Shown here: piece by piece, positions 10,572 through 18,485 of the stretch
How the letters are laid out: each line of letters opens with the position of its first letter
Position numbering within the stretch: position 1 is the first letter of the stretch
DNA from: a virus
Taxonomy: Duplodnaviria > Heunggongvirae > Uroviricota > Caudoviricetes
Reading direction: 5' to 3' (one strand)
Length of the DNA: 31,670 nucleotides
IMG/VR virus record: IMGVR_UViG_649989948_000010
Location: 1 to 31,670 of that record
The notes under the pieces: generated by a model
What the model was told of the DNA's origin: nothing
The model's database searches: none
What the model saw: the letters and a program-made list of their open reading frames with translations, nothing else
Program-made: the position numbers and the translations under genes

Positions 10572-10655
10572 TCTTATTGGCTTTATTGTGATGTGGCATA
10601 AAAGGGGAGCAAGCTAAACGTAAAGGTGCAAACTCTCTATTTCGGTCAACGAAAC

Positions 10656-10677
10656 ACAAGGGCCATTTGGCCCTTGT
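10656..10677 (-). terminator. Stem-loop immediately after the 52-aa ORF
   Basis: 9-bp inverted repeat ACAAGGGCC/GGCCCTTGT with 4-nt loop, followed on the minus strand by GTTTCGTT. Confidence 0.4.
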
Positions 10678-10679
10678 CA

Positions 10680-10838
10680 TTAACACGTTGCTTTACGGAC
10701 TAGCGGATAAGCGAAGTAGATCGCCAGACCAATGAGGACGCCATCAGAAATGACAGACATCATCTTTCCCGTAAAATCCACCAACACCGCTATCACCAGA
10801 AGAGCAATGACGGTCACAAGCCGGAATCTCTCAAGCAT
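10680..10838 (-). CDS. Small hydrophobic protein (52 aa, two predicted TM segments), translationally coupled to the TerB-like gene
   Basis: Hand-translated: MLERFRLVTVIALLVIAVLVDFTGKMMSVISDGVLIGLAIYFAYPLVRKATC; its ATG overlaps the TerB-like TAA (TAATG); absent from the ORF track (under 60 aa). Confidence 0.35.
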   Translation of the reverse strand: MLERFRLVTVIALLVIAVLVDFTGKMMSVISDGVLIGLAIYFAYPLVRKATC

Positions 10839-11263
10839 TAGAGATAAGCATCCAGTGACAACTGAAGCGCCTGGGCGATCTTTTTCAGCGCCTGCTCTTC
10901 TGGTTCATCAATGCCGTCCTGGTCGGCAATATCAAGGCACAGACACAGTACATCTACTGCATCATCAGTCCCGGCCACATCCGCCAGCTCACGTAAAGCC
11001 TGGGCATTAGCACGGCGCGGTGAGGCTTCGTATTGAGCGCGGATATTGGCGCTCATCTGGGCAATCTCACCAGCAAAAGGAGAAAATGCAGGCAGAGCTG
11101 CAATTGTTTTCTCAAGAATGGAAATTTCTTTTGCATCGCATGTACCGTTGGCATAGGAGATCATGTACCCGCCCCACACGGTGGCTTCAACCGCATCACG
11201 GTTCTCCATTTTTTTGACTTCGATAACAGCTTTACGAGTTTTCTTTTTGAAGAAACCTAACAT
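10838..11263 (-). CDS. TerB-like domain protein (141 aa)
   Basis: Pattern resembles tellurite-resistance TerB (N-terminal MxxFF; acidic C-terminal LCLCLDIADQDGIDEPEEQALKKIAQALQLS). Confidence 0.55.
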   Translation of the reverse strand: MLGFFKKKTRKAVIEVKKMENRDAVEATVWGGYMISYANGTCDAKEISILEKTIAALPAFSPFAGEIAQMSANIRAQYEASPRRANAQALRELADVAGTDDAVDVLCLCLDIADQDGIDEPEEQALKKIAQALQLSLDAYL

Positions 11264-11287
11264 GTGTTTTCCTTTTGCTATTTGTCA

Positions 11288-11300
11288 AAACAAATTGTTT
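11288..11300 (-). promoter_or_regulatory. Palindromic motif AAACAA-A-TTGTTT, 31 nt upstream of the TerB-like gene
   Basis: Second copy of the shared palindrome, same position relative to the start codon and GTGTTTTCC leader. Confidence 0.4.
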
Positions 11301-11356
11301 TCTGGTTACATAAATTGCTTACGCAAAGACGGTCAATGCATATGCACTAACAACCG

Positions 11357-11545
11357 TCAGAAATAACCAAGTACCGAACCGACTGGAAAAATAAAAATCC
11401 CAACTACACGAGCCAAGGTCATGCCAGCCTGAAACTGGAGATCACCTGAGCAAACGAGTTTTATAATGTTGGATACCCAACCGGCGGCCATGAGAGCCAG
11501 AATTGCCAGCCAAATTTTCCCAAAGTGATTTGAAAGCCAGTTCAT
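11357..11545 (-). CDS. Small membrane protein (62 aa, two predicted TM helices)
   Basis: Hydrophobic segments IWLAILALMAAGWV and LARVVGIFIFPVGSVLGYF; ATG overlaps the TGA of the upstream 83-aa ORF (ATGA). Confidence 0.45.
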   Translation of the reverse strand: MNWLSNHFGKIWLAILALMAAGWVSNIIKLVCSGDLQFQAGMTLARVVGIFIFPVGSVLGYF

Positions 11546-11793
11546 ACAACCACCTTAGTCACAACATGATCCTGAGTAACTGGATGAACTTGAGGTATCG
11601 CATCCACCGTCATCCCATCCAGAGTGACAGGACGCTCTACTGGAGTGGTGGTAATTGTCGTCGACGGAGGTGTGGTGATGGATGAACCCGGCATCAAAAG
11701 GCTCTGGCCGGCTGGAACGGCTACCGTCGCCAGTGAAACTATAATGAGAACGTAGGCCATTGGTTTCAGCCTCTTTCTTTGAAAATTTTCCAT
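11542..11793 (-). CDS. Small bitopic membrane protein (83 aa) with Pro/Thr-rich C-terminal region
   Basis: AAGGA RBS 7 nt before ATG; basic N-terminus then a hydrophobic anchor (MAYVLIIVSLATVAVPAG); coupled to the 62-aa gene. Confidence 0.4.
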   Translation of the reverse strand: MENFQRKRLKPMAYVLIIVSLATVAVPAGQSLLMPGSSITTPPSTTITTTPVERPVTLDGMTVDAIPQVHPVTQDHVVTKVVV

Positions 11794-12049
11794 TCGAACT
11801 GTCCTTGTTGTTTTTCTCCTTCACTAAAGGCCGTGTACTTTTCGCTTCGCGTGAAGAACCAGAGGCAACAATCGCCCCCACGTTCGCAACAACTGACGCT
11901 TGATTATCTAAACGTTCATTCAGCAACCGAACGGTAGTCTCTAGTTCATCAAGACGTGACATAACACGACCGCTAAACAATTCGGCCAAAATTTGACGTA
12001 AAGAACGAGGACGTTTAGTTGCAGAAGTGAAATAGGTTTGACGTGCCAT
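11555..12049 (-). CDS. Hypothetical protein (164 aa ORF; only the first ~85 aa look protein-like)
   Basis: Good GGAG RBS and ATG at 12049; downstream half overlaps the 83-aa ORF in another frame and is low-complexity S/H/C-rich; true 3' end uncertain. Confidence 0.3.
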   Translation of the reverse strand: MARQTYFTSATKRPRSLRQILAELFSGRVMSRLDELETTVRLLNERLDNQASVVANVGAIVASGSSREAKSTRPLVKEKNNKDSSNGKFSKKEAETNGLRSHYSFTGDGSRSSRPEPFDAGFIHHHTSVDDNYHHSSRASCHSGWDDGGCDTSSSSSYSGSCCD

Positions 12050-12078
12050 GTGGACTCCATCCAGTGTCAGAAAGAGTT

Positions 12079-12100
12079 GCGGCTGGCGATCGCCAGCCGC
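12079..12100. terminator. Perfect 22-bp palindrome GCGGCTGGCGATCGCCAGCCGC between RNase H and the next gene
   Basis: Perfect inverted repeat; flanked by T/C-rich sequence on both strands. Confidence 0.4.
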
Positions 12101-12197
12101 CTTTCTCGTTCCATCCTGGAACTGTGTCTTACCGACACATTGTCATCCTGACGCTGATAAGATACATGATTTAAAATGATAGGTAAACACTTACTTA

Positions 12198-12788
12198 CTA
12201 CTTGTTATAAACAAAACCAATATCTTTCTTGTGAGGCATATCTGCTGCTGAAAAAGCTGCGATCTTCGCGAGTCGATCACATATTTCATTTTCACGATGC
12301 CCGGCGTGACCTTTAACCCACTTCCAGCGAACATTATGTCGACTTGCGGCCTCATCCAGACGCTTCCACAGATCAACATTCTTTACCGGTTTTTTGTCAG
12401 AAGTCATCCATCCATTGCGTTTCCACCATTTCATCCACTGTGTCATGCCGTTTTTCAGATACTGGCTATCAGAGTACAAAATAACGTTGCATGGATATTT
12501 CAAACGCTCCAGCCCGATAAGTGCCCCCATCATCTCCATGCGGTTATTGGTGGTGCTATGAAAACCATCTGAGAACTCGCGTTCCTCACCACCATACTGG
12601 AGAACTATACCGTAACCGCCCGGGCCACCCGGATTTTTAAGGCAAGAGCCATCACTGAAGATTTTCACGGTTTTAAGCTGGGGATTGAACTCTACGACAG
12701 GCGTTGTGGAATTGGTGCGGGGAGAATTTTTGTTTTTGTCATTTTTGCGAGTTTTTGCTTGCGATCGGGCTGGTGTCTTCGTCGTCAT
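12198..12788 (-). CDS. rnhA: Ribonuclease HI
   Basis: Strong match to E. coli RnhA motifs (FTDGSC, TNNRMEL-like, [21 protein letters not shown]); start placed at internal MTTKT with AGGAG RBS rather than the longer ORF-track start at 12875. Confidence 0.85.
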   Translation of the reverse strand: MTTKTPARSQAKTRKNDKNKNSPRTNSTTPVVEFNPQLKTVKIFSDGSCLKNPGGPGGYGIVLQYGGEEREFSDGFHSTTNNRMEMMGALIGLERLKYPCNVILYSDSQYLKNGMTQWMKWWKRNGWMTSDKKPVKNVDLWKRLDEAASRHNVRWKWVKGHAGHRENEICDRLAKIAAFSAADMPHKKDIGFVYNK

Positions 12789-13373
12789 ATAAACTCCTGA
12801 ATCAAGCGCCGCGCCGATTTTTTTTCCTCGCGCGTGCGCACACGCGTGCGTGTTAATAATTATTAAAATAAACAAATTACTTCCCAGAACAGGTTTTTAT
12901 AAACCTGAACTGAACGAACGAAGTGAGTGAAGTTCACCTCGAACGAAGTGAGAGGTTGTCTTTTCAGGTAATACTCTCCCAGGGAGGTGAGTACAAAATT
13001 TCCTCACCAACCTGGTCGTTTCATAACCTGAAAAGTTATGACCTAAGTCTACTGCCAGCTTAGGCTTGGGAAGTTATGGATGACAGCACCCCAGAACCGA
13101 GATCTTCCCACACTTTATGAAGGGGAGTACTGGATTCAACCTCTCGAAACACCCCAGACTCGACAATCATAAAGTGACCCTTGTCTCTGCTCACTTTGGT
13201 TCCCCCTTCCCCAACCCCTAAACGGTGCCGGTTCTACGCTGGTAGTGAGCTTTTTTAAACCTGACGCCAGTGACGCTTACCCCCACCCATCAGGTCGAGC
13301 CTCCAATCTACGACTGGAAACTATCAGATCTTAGCACTTACAATTCACTTTATGAATAGTTTGTACTTATCTA

Positions 13374-13628
13374 TCATTTCGATTGATTATTTTTTCGACC
13401 ATGTAGTTGAACATTCAAGGCAAACACCTCGTTGATCAACTCACCTAAAAGCTGTTCAACAAGTTCGCGATGCTCCCCAAGATGCAAGCACTTAATTGCC
13501 CATTCGTACAAGTTGAAAGCCTGCTCACGATCTTTCATCATTTCACGAGCCTGGGCCAGAAAATCGCTCTCTACGAGCGCAACGACATTAGTCGGGTATG
13601 ACATGTTGGTTTCCTTAAAGTGGTTCAT
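13374..13628 (-). CDS. Hypothetical protein (84 aa)
   Basis: ORF in operon context; no family recognised. Confidence 0.4.
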   Translation of the reverse strand: MNHFKETNMSYPTNVVALVESDFLAQAREMMKDREQAFNLYEWAIKCLHLGEHRELVEQLLGELINEVFALNVQLHGRKNNQSK

Positions 13629-13710
13629 AAAATCGATTTTAAAGCGTCTGGGAAGGGGTTCTAGTGGATTCTGTAGTGGTGTTCAGGTCTGGGAGTCTCT
13701 GATATAAAAC

Positions 13711-13769
13711 AGCCTGCTTCCGTATATTAATAATTAATATGTAGTTATTTATATATACAGAAGCAGGCT
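13711..13769 (-). terminator. 10-bp perfect inverted repeat (AGCCTGCTTC/GAAGCAGGCT) enclosing a 39-nt AT-rich loop, downstream of the methylase gene
   Basis: Stem read directly; followed on the minus strand by GTTTTAT; loop contains TATAAATA on the minus strand. Confidence 0.4.
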
Positions 13770-13790
13770 AATTACAGACGCCAGAACAAA

Positions 13791-14384
13791 CTAAGCAGCC
13801 TTCTTTGATGGTCTTTTTTTCCTGATCACATTCGCAGGATCATACCCTCCCAGACTTTTCATGACGTCCAAAGGGATCTTGCTTATAGAGTGCCCAGCGT
13901 CCTGACAGAATCCTCGAAAAACAACGAGCATACTGCCACCTGGGTTGATGTTTACTTCTACCTGACCCAGATTTACGTCAGGCTCGACAAACGCTACGCG
14001 GCCACCAGACAGAATAATCGTCTCATTCGCACACTCTGTTGCACGCTCATACCACTTTGTATCTAGGGATTGAGGAATTAGCATCACTGTTGTAACTCCA
14101 CGAGCCTGCTCACGTATAGCCGCATCAATCCAGGGGGAGATTTTGGAGTAGGGTGGATTGAGGAAGGCAATTGTACCTGGCTGTCCCCATTCAGATTTCA
14201 AAGCATCACGCTCAACGCCTATGAAATTAGGCAGCTTTGCATTGTCCTTGTTGCAGGCAACGTCAACATCAAATGTCACTCCAAGATAACGTTGAATGGC
14301 AGAAAACAGCCAGTCAGGTGTTCTCCAGAGGTCACGAAGAGAGTTGTCGCGCTTTCGCTGTTTGATTTTTTCGGCTGCAATCAT
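13791..14384 (-). CDS. Phage-type DNA N6-adenine methyltransferase (Dam-like, orphan)
   Basis: 197 aa with NPPY motif (LNPPYS); size and layout typical of phage orphan Dam-family methylases. Confidence 0.7.
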   Translation of the reverse strand: MIAAEKIKQRKRDNSLRDLWRTPDWLFSAIQRYLGVTFDVDVACNKDNAKLPNFIGVERDALKSEWGQPGTIAFLNPPYSKISPWIDAAIREQARGVTTVMLIPQSLDTKWYERATECANETIILSGGRVAFVEPDVNLGQVEVNINPGGSMLVVFRGFCQDAGHSISKIPLDVMKSLGGYDPANVIRKKRPSKKAA

Positions 14385-14461
14385 CTTCTTTCTCGATAGG
14401 TAAGTATATACCTATTTTTGCATTTGATTTTATGTCTGGCAATCAAATAAAACGCGCCAGA

Positions 14462-14499
14462 AATGCAAACGAGAAGCTCTCTGGCGCGTTTTTGTGGTG
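14462..14499. terminator. Bidirectional intrinsic terminator
   Basis: 10-bp stem ACGCGCCAGA/TCTGGCGCGT, 18-nt loop, A-run upstream and T-run downstream. Confidence 0.5.
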
Positions 14500-14567
14500 C
14501 TGGGTATGTGATTGGCTTACCCAGTACTATAAAGCTCTCTGTGGGCTTTATTTTAAGTAGGGGAACG

Positions 14568-15377
14568 TCATCCAATAGTGTACTCCGCGACAAACTTCTT
14601 AACGATCGGTGATTCTTCGTTCAATGTTAGATTTCCACCGTCTCTAACGGCAATTCCTGTCGCTGGAAATACAGCCATCATTTGCCCAGCCTGAGTTGAC
14701 GCAGTGTTAAGCGGATACGGTTTTTCTGGATTGCTCATTAAAGCAATCTTAATACTATTACTTGTAGCCTTCTTTTCTGTGAGAAGGTGTCTCATGGAAA
14801 TTACCGTGTAAACACTAATATCTGGACCTCCGCTAAACCAATTAAGAAGGTTTAATATCTTATCCTTTGCTTTGACAGGCGCGTTATCGTAAGCGTCTAA
14901 GAAAATATCTTTTTCTAAGCCCGCTTTATTGAAAAACGAATCATCTTTATCACTTAAAGTAAAACGAGGACCTCTTGCAGTACGCGCTTTTTTATTTGTA
15001 TTGCTATCATTTGACTGTTGAACTTTTAATTCATCATTAACCTCAACACACTCTTCAACCTCAATAAATCCCAATTGTTCTGGCTCGTTTTCGGCAGCTT
15101 CAACACTTTCAGCGTTAATTACGTTTATAGGCTCATGCGCTAACTCCAACTCATTTAAAGCAGAGCTGAAATCACCTGCTTTTTCTTCATTGAACAGTTC
15201 TTCGGCAACATCATCAGAACTCATGGCTACGCCAGCATCTAGGCCGAGCAGCAGATCGTCAATATCATCAGTATTTTCAACCTGTGCAGCTTTTTTTACT
15301 GGTTCATCAAGTGATTGCAACATGGCTGTCAGCTCGTCCAGATCATCATTTGTCATTACATTTTCAACCGAACTCAT
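14568..15377 (-). CDS. Hypothetical protein (269 aa) with strongly acidic N-terminal half
   Basis: GGAGA RBS; N-terminal ~120 aa rich in D/E with repeated DDLDEL-like motifs; C-terminal domain unrecognised. Confidence 0.5.
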   Translation of the reverse strand: MSSVENVMTNDDLDELTAMLQSLDEPVKKAAQVENTDDIDDLLLGLDAGVAMSSDDVAEELFNEEKAGDFSSALNELELAHEPINVINAESVEAAENEPEQLGFIEVEECVEVNDELKVQQSNDSNTNKKARTARGPRFTLSDKDDSFFNKAGLEKDIFLDAYDNAPVKAKDKILNLLNWFSGGPDISVYTVISMRHLLTEKKATSNSIKIALMSNPEKPYPLNTASTQAGQMMAVFPATGIAVRDGGNLTLNEESPIVKKFVAEYTIG

Positions 15378-15500
15378 GTAAGTCTCCTTCTGTTTGGTTA
15401 CATTTGCGTTTCGATGGCTGCATTTTGACTAAACCTATCAGGCGGAAAAGTATTAAATACAGGCAGAAAATGATTGAAAGGCGACTGTTCTTTAAAAAAA

Positions 15501-15527
15501 GCCTACTTTAAACTTTTTAAAGTAGGC
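15501..15527. terminator. Bidirectional intrinsic terminator after the exonuclease gene
   Basis: 12-bp stem GCCTACTTTAAA/TTTAAAGTAGGC, 3-nt loop, flanked by A7 and T-rich runs. Confidence 0.55.
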
Positions 15528-15534
15528 TTTTGTT

Positions 15535-16083
15535 TTACACAATTTCAGAGGGTAATTTAAAAAATCCGTACTTATTACGTGCCTTAAAGAAGCATTGCAT
15601 CATTAAGTTTGTGTCATATAAGGCACTATGTGCTTTGGCATGATCGTATATAAAGCCAAGAGAGAAGGCCAACTCTTCAAGGCGGGGACGTTTACCGTCT
15701 TCTGTGGCCCACAGGGAAAATAGAGTGTCAATCAATGGGATGTCTGGAAGCGAAAAACCGTAACTTTTCAGCTCATGCCTAATAAACGGAATATCGAACG
15801 CTTCGCCGTTGTGGGCTATCCAAATATCGGAAGAAGAGAGATACGAAGCGACAGATGAAGCGTGATCGGCTAGTAACGGCTCGGCGGCTAAATCTTCAAG
15901 ACTGATGCCGTGTACCGCTTGCGCTTTCGGATCGATACTGCGACGCGGGTTGAACCGCATTACAAAACTATCAACCATTGTCTGTGTCTCAATTTCGTAC
16001 TTCACCATTGCGATTTCAATGATTTTATGGCCTGAGAGGAAATCAAGACCTGTTGATTCAATGTCCACCCCTGTAGCAATCAC
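15535..16083 (-). CDS. DnaQ-like 3'-5' exonuclease (DEDDh family)
   Basis: Exo I motif VDIESTG near N-terminus, Exo III motif HSALYD; GTG start overlapping the upstream stop (GTGA). Confidence 0.7.
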   Translation of the reverse strand: MIATGVDIESTGLDFLSGHKIIEIAMVKYEIETQTMVDSFVMRFNPRRSIDPKAQAVHGISLEDLAAEPLLADHASSVASYLSSSDIWIAHNGEAFDIPFIRHELKSYGFSLPDIPLIDTLFSLWATEDGKRPRLEELAFSLGFIYDHAKAHSALYDTNLMMQCFFKARNKYGFFKLPSEIV

Positions 16084-16874
16084 TTTTTATCTCCTTTTAC
16101 TGGTCGTTTGGACGGTGTGAAGATGGCAGCTTCAACATCCCACCCCCTCAAAATTCGCTGCGAGATAATGGTCGCAGTCAAGCCAACCTCTCTAGCCCAT
16201 TCGGTAATTCGCTGAGTTCTGCCGCGACACTCGATCAGACGCTTACTATCTCGGTTGGCATACGTGTCGACGCTGGCGTTAAGCGCGCGATCTAATGGCC
16301 ACCCTTTCTTGATTCGATAGTGAAGAGTTGATGTCTGAATCTCGGCTCTTTTAGCCCATTGTGAGAGAGTCAGCTTTTCCCCCTTATGCTCCAAAATTAA
16401 GTTTGAACGCGTGTTATTGGCCTGTTCTTCAAAAGTCGCCCATCTGCAATTTTCAGGTTCGTAGTCACCATTCACATCTTTGCGATCAAGAGACATCCCC
16501 TCTGGTCGCTCTCCCATGTCAGCATAAAAGTTTTCAAATATTTGCCACCGCTCGCAGACTTTGATACCTCGGCCGCCATACCACTTATAGGCGTGATGGG
16601 TTGGTTTTTCACATCGTTCCCGCATACCCAGCCATATACGATAAATTGGCGTTTTACTCATACCATGAGGATTTACGCTACGGCGATGTGCGTTGTAGAC
16701 ACAGCCACACGATATTGTCGCCCCGTGATTTAGCTTCCCGTAACTAACCAGGCAGGTGTTGCCGCAATCGCAGATGCAATCCCAAAGTCGCCCTTGTTTG
16801 TTTGAAATACCGGAATATTTAAGTGCAACCAACTTTCCAAAACGTTTACCTGTTATGTCTACCGGTTGTCCCAT
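16080..16874 (-). CDS. Putative homing-endonuclease-like DNA-binding protein
   Basis: 264 aa; Cys cluster (CICDCG...CGC), YRIWLGMRERC...YGGRGIKVCERW motif, then two HTH-like repeats; AAGGAG RBS. Confidence 0.4.
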   Translation of the reverse strand: MGQPVDITGKRFGKLVALKYSGISNKQGRLWDCICDCGNTCLVSYGKLNHGATISCGCVYNAHRRSVNPHGMSKTPIYRIWLGMRERCEKPTHHAYKWYGGRGIKVCERWQIFENFYADMGERPEGMSLDRKDVNGDYEPENCRWATFEEQANNTRSNLILEHKGEKLTLSQWAKRAEIQTSTLHYRIKKGWPLDRALNASVDTYANRDSKRLIECRGRTQRITEWAREVGLTATIISQRILRGWDVEAAIFTPSKRPVKGDKK

Positions 16875-16883
16875 TACTACTCC

Positions 16884-17303
16884 TTACAACTTCTTAGCGC
16901 CCTTAAGTAGTGCGCTACGTACAAATTGAGCCGCTTTTTTCAAAGTTTCTTCACTGGTTTCACAGACAACCGGATCTTTCCACTTACCTGACGCCGTGTT
17001 GAGAATGTTGATTTGGTTGCTATCCAGACAAACAGAGACGTAAAGCACCGTGCCACCAGCCAGCATCAAATGCATAGGAAACAGAGGCTTTTTACTGTCT
17101 TCACTGAACTGAGACATGGCGATGTTAATGGCTTCACCCACTTGTGTACCAACAAGCCCCTGCGCAGTTTCGAATATGGCACGAATAGCCAGACGAGCCT
17201 CTCGATCGCTCATAAGCGACCGGGAATGTTCGTCCGCTACACGAATCAAAGCCTCTGTTGTTTTCCGATCCAGTTCATCTTCAAGCAACATTTCACTAAA
17301 CAT
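16884..17303 (-). CDS. Hypothetical protein (139 aa)
   Basis: AAGGA RBS; stop abuts the next start. Confidence 0.45.
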   Translation of the reverse strand: MFSEMLLEDELDRKTTEALIRVADEHSRSLMSDREARLAIRAIFETAQGLVGTQVGEAINIAMSQFSEDSKKPLFPMHLMLAGGTVLYVSVCLDSNQINILNTASGKWKDPVVCETSEETLKKAAQFVRSALLKGAKKL

Positions 17304-17364
17304 TTTTTATCCTTAACCCATTTTGAGAGTTTTATTGTCGCAATGTCGAAGAGGCGAACAATTT

Positions 17365-18009
17365 CTAATGAACGGTCACTCGGCCACAGAACCGGTTTTC
17401 TATCTTTTCTACAGCGTTATCTAGCATTCTCATCACTGATCTGGCTCTTGCTTCAACTGTGCGATACCGGTTGGAAACGACGAAGGTTTGCAGATCTCCC
17501 CTTTGCGGATGCAGGTGAATTTTTGTCAGTTCCCCGCACATCAACGCATCAATACGAGCGACATACAGACGGTCTAATGATGCTCGTTGTGACCGCAAGT
17601 AATCTCGCTCTGAGAGAGCGACCCCCGGGCGTAGGCCAGCAATGGCGTTAAAGTTTGAAATAGCAGTTTTGTGGCAAAACTTTTCGATATCGAGGGCTAA
17701 CTCAATACACCGATCTTCATTTGTATGGCCGACCAAATCCAACGTGTAGGCCATAACATCAGCAGGTGTGCGATCGATAACAAAGCCTTCAGCACCACGC
17801 GTAAGTAGCTCTATATGCTTTGCTATTTCCATTTGAATCTGAAGCCGCTCATATAGAGGCATAGAATCACCTACTCGAACACCGAGGCGGCTCATCAAAC
17901 TTCCGACACCAGCATCCACGTAAGGGATTCCGTAATGTTTGTCGATATATTTAGCCAGGGTTGTTTTCCCACTGCCCTGAGCACCAGTGATCCCAATCCG
18001 GTAATCCAT
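17365..18009 (-). CDS. P-loop kinase, probable deoxynucleoside monophosphate kinase
   Basis: Walker A GAQGSGKTT; sits in the dNTP-synthesis operon with 1-nt overlap to the DHFR stop. Confidence 0.5.
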   Translation of the reverse strand: MDYRIGITGAQGSGKTTLAKYIDKHYGIPYVDAGVGSLMSRLGVRVGDSMPLYERLQIQMEIAKHIELLTRGAEGFVIDRTPADVMAYTLDLVGHTNEDRCIELALDIEKFCHKTAISNFNAIAGLRPGVALSERDYLRSQRASLDRLYVARIDALMCGELTKIHLHPQRGDLQTFVVSNRYRTVEARARSVMRMLDNAVEKIENRFCGRVTVH

Positions 18010-18485
18010 TACGACCTTCTGTATACGATCTGCGAAAAGCCAGGCTCTTCCTCGCTGGCTCGTTGGGTATAAGCTGTTTCAACAGGCACAAAGCCTAAAT
18101 TACGCATCATGCTTGCCGGGAAGAATGCATCGGCGTTTGGCACATCAACGCCGATGTGGGAGAGCCAAATCTCTTCAACATGCGGCATGAATAGCGAGTA
18201 AATTTGTTCCCCGCCAATCACCCACACAGGCTCTGGTAATCGCAACACATCATCCACACCAGCAGGGTAGAATCCATTTGGTACAAAGCCATGAGAGCGC
18301 GTCAAAACGAGGTTATGACGCTCTGGAAGAGGGCGTTTGAGACTTTCCATCGTTTTACGCCCCATAACGACAGTGGCGTTTTTGGTGAGTCTCTTAAATA
18401 GCTTCAGATCGGTAGAACAACGCCAGGGCAGTTCATTCGCTATGCCGATCTCATAGTTACGGCCAACAGCAGCTATCATCTTCAT
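18009..18485 (-). CDS. frd: Dihydrofolate reductase
   Basis: 158 aa; DHFR pattern (MIAAVGRNYEIG...LPW, VVMGRKT.ESL) and typical size. Confidence 0.85.
   Translation of the reverse strand: MKMIAAVGRNYEIGIANELPWRCSTDLKLFKRLTKNATVVMGRKTMESLKRPLPERHNLVLTRSHGFVPNGFYPAGVDDVLRLPEPVWVIGGEQIYSLFMPHVEEIWLSHIGVDVPNADAFFPASMMRNLGFVPVETAYTQRASEEEPGFSQIVYRRS

Noticed and set aside
12297-12572. 91-aa plus-strand ORF inside the RNase H gene
   Set aside because: Antisense to a confidently identified rnhA homologue.
12789-12875. N-terminal extension of the RNase H ORF (start at 12875)
   Set aside because: The extension is hydrophobic and low-complexity, overlaps a GC-rich palindromic region, and an internal ATG with an AGGAG RBS gives a protein that aligns with RnhA from its first residues.
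12876-13373. tRNA gene in the long non-coding region
   Set aside because: No canonical T-loop (GTTCRANYC) with a matching acceptor stem could be found by eye on either strand; needs tRNAscan to be certain.
14381-14593. 70-aa ORF between the acidic-protein gene and the methylase gene
   Set aside because: It spans an intergenic region that contains a clear bidirectional terminator hairpin (14462-14499); the translation is low-complexity and there is no RBS.
17013-17651. 212-aa plus-strand ORF
   Set aside because: Antisense to two well-supported minus-strand genes (the 139-aa gene and the kinase); the reading frame is an artefact of their codon structure.
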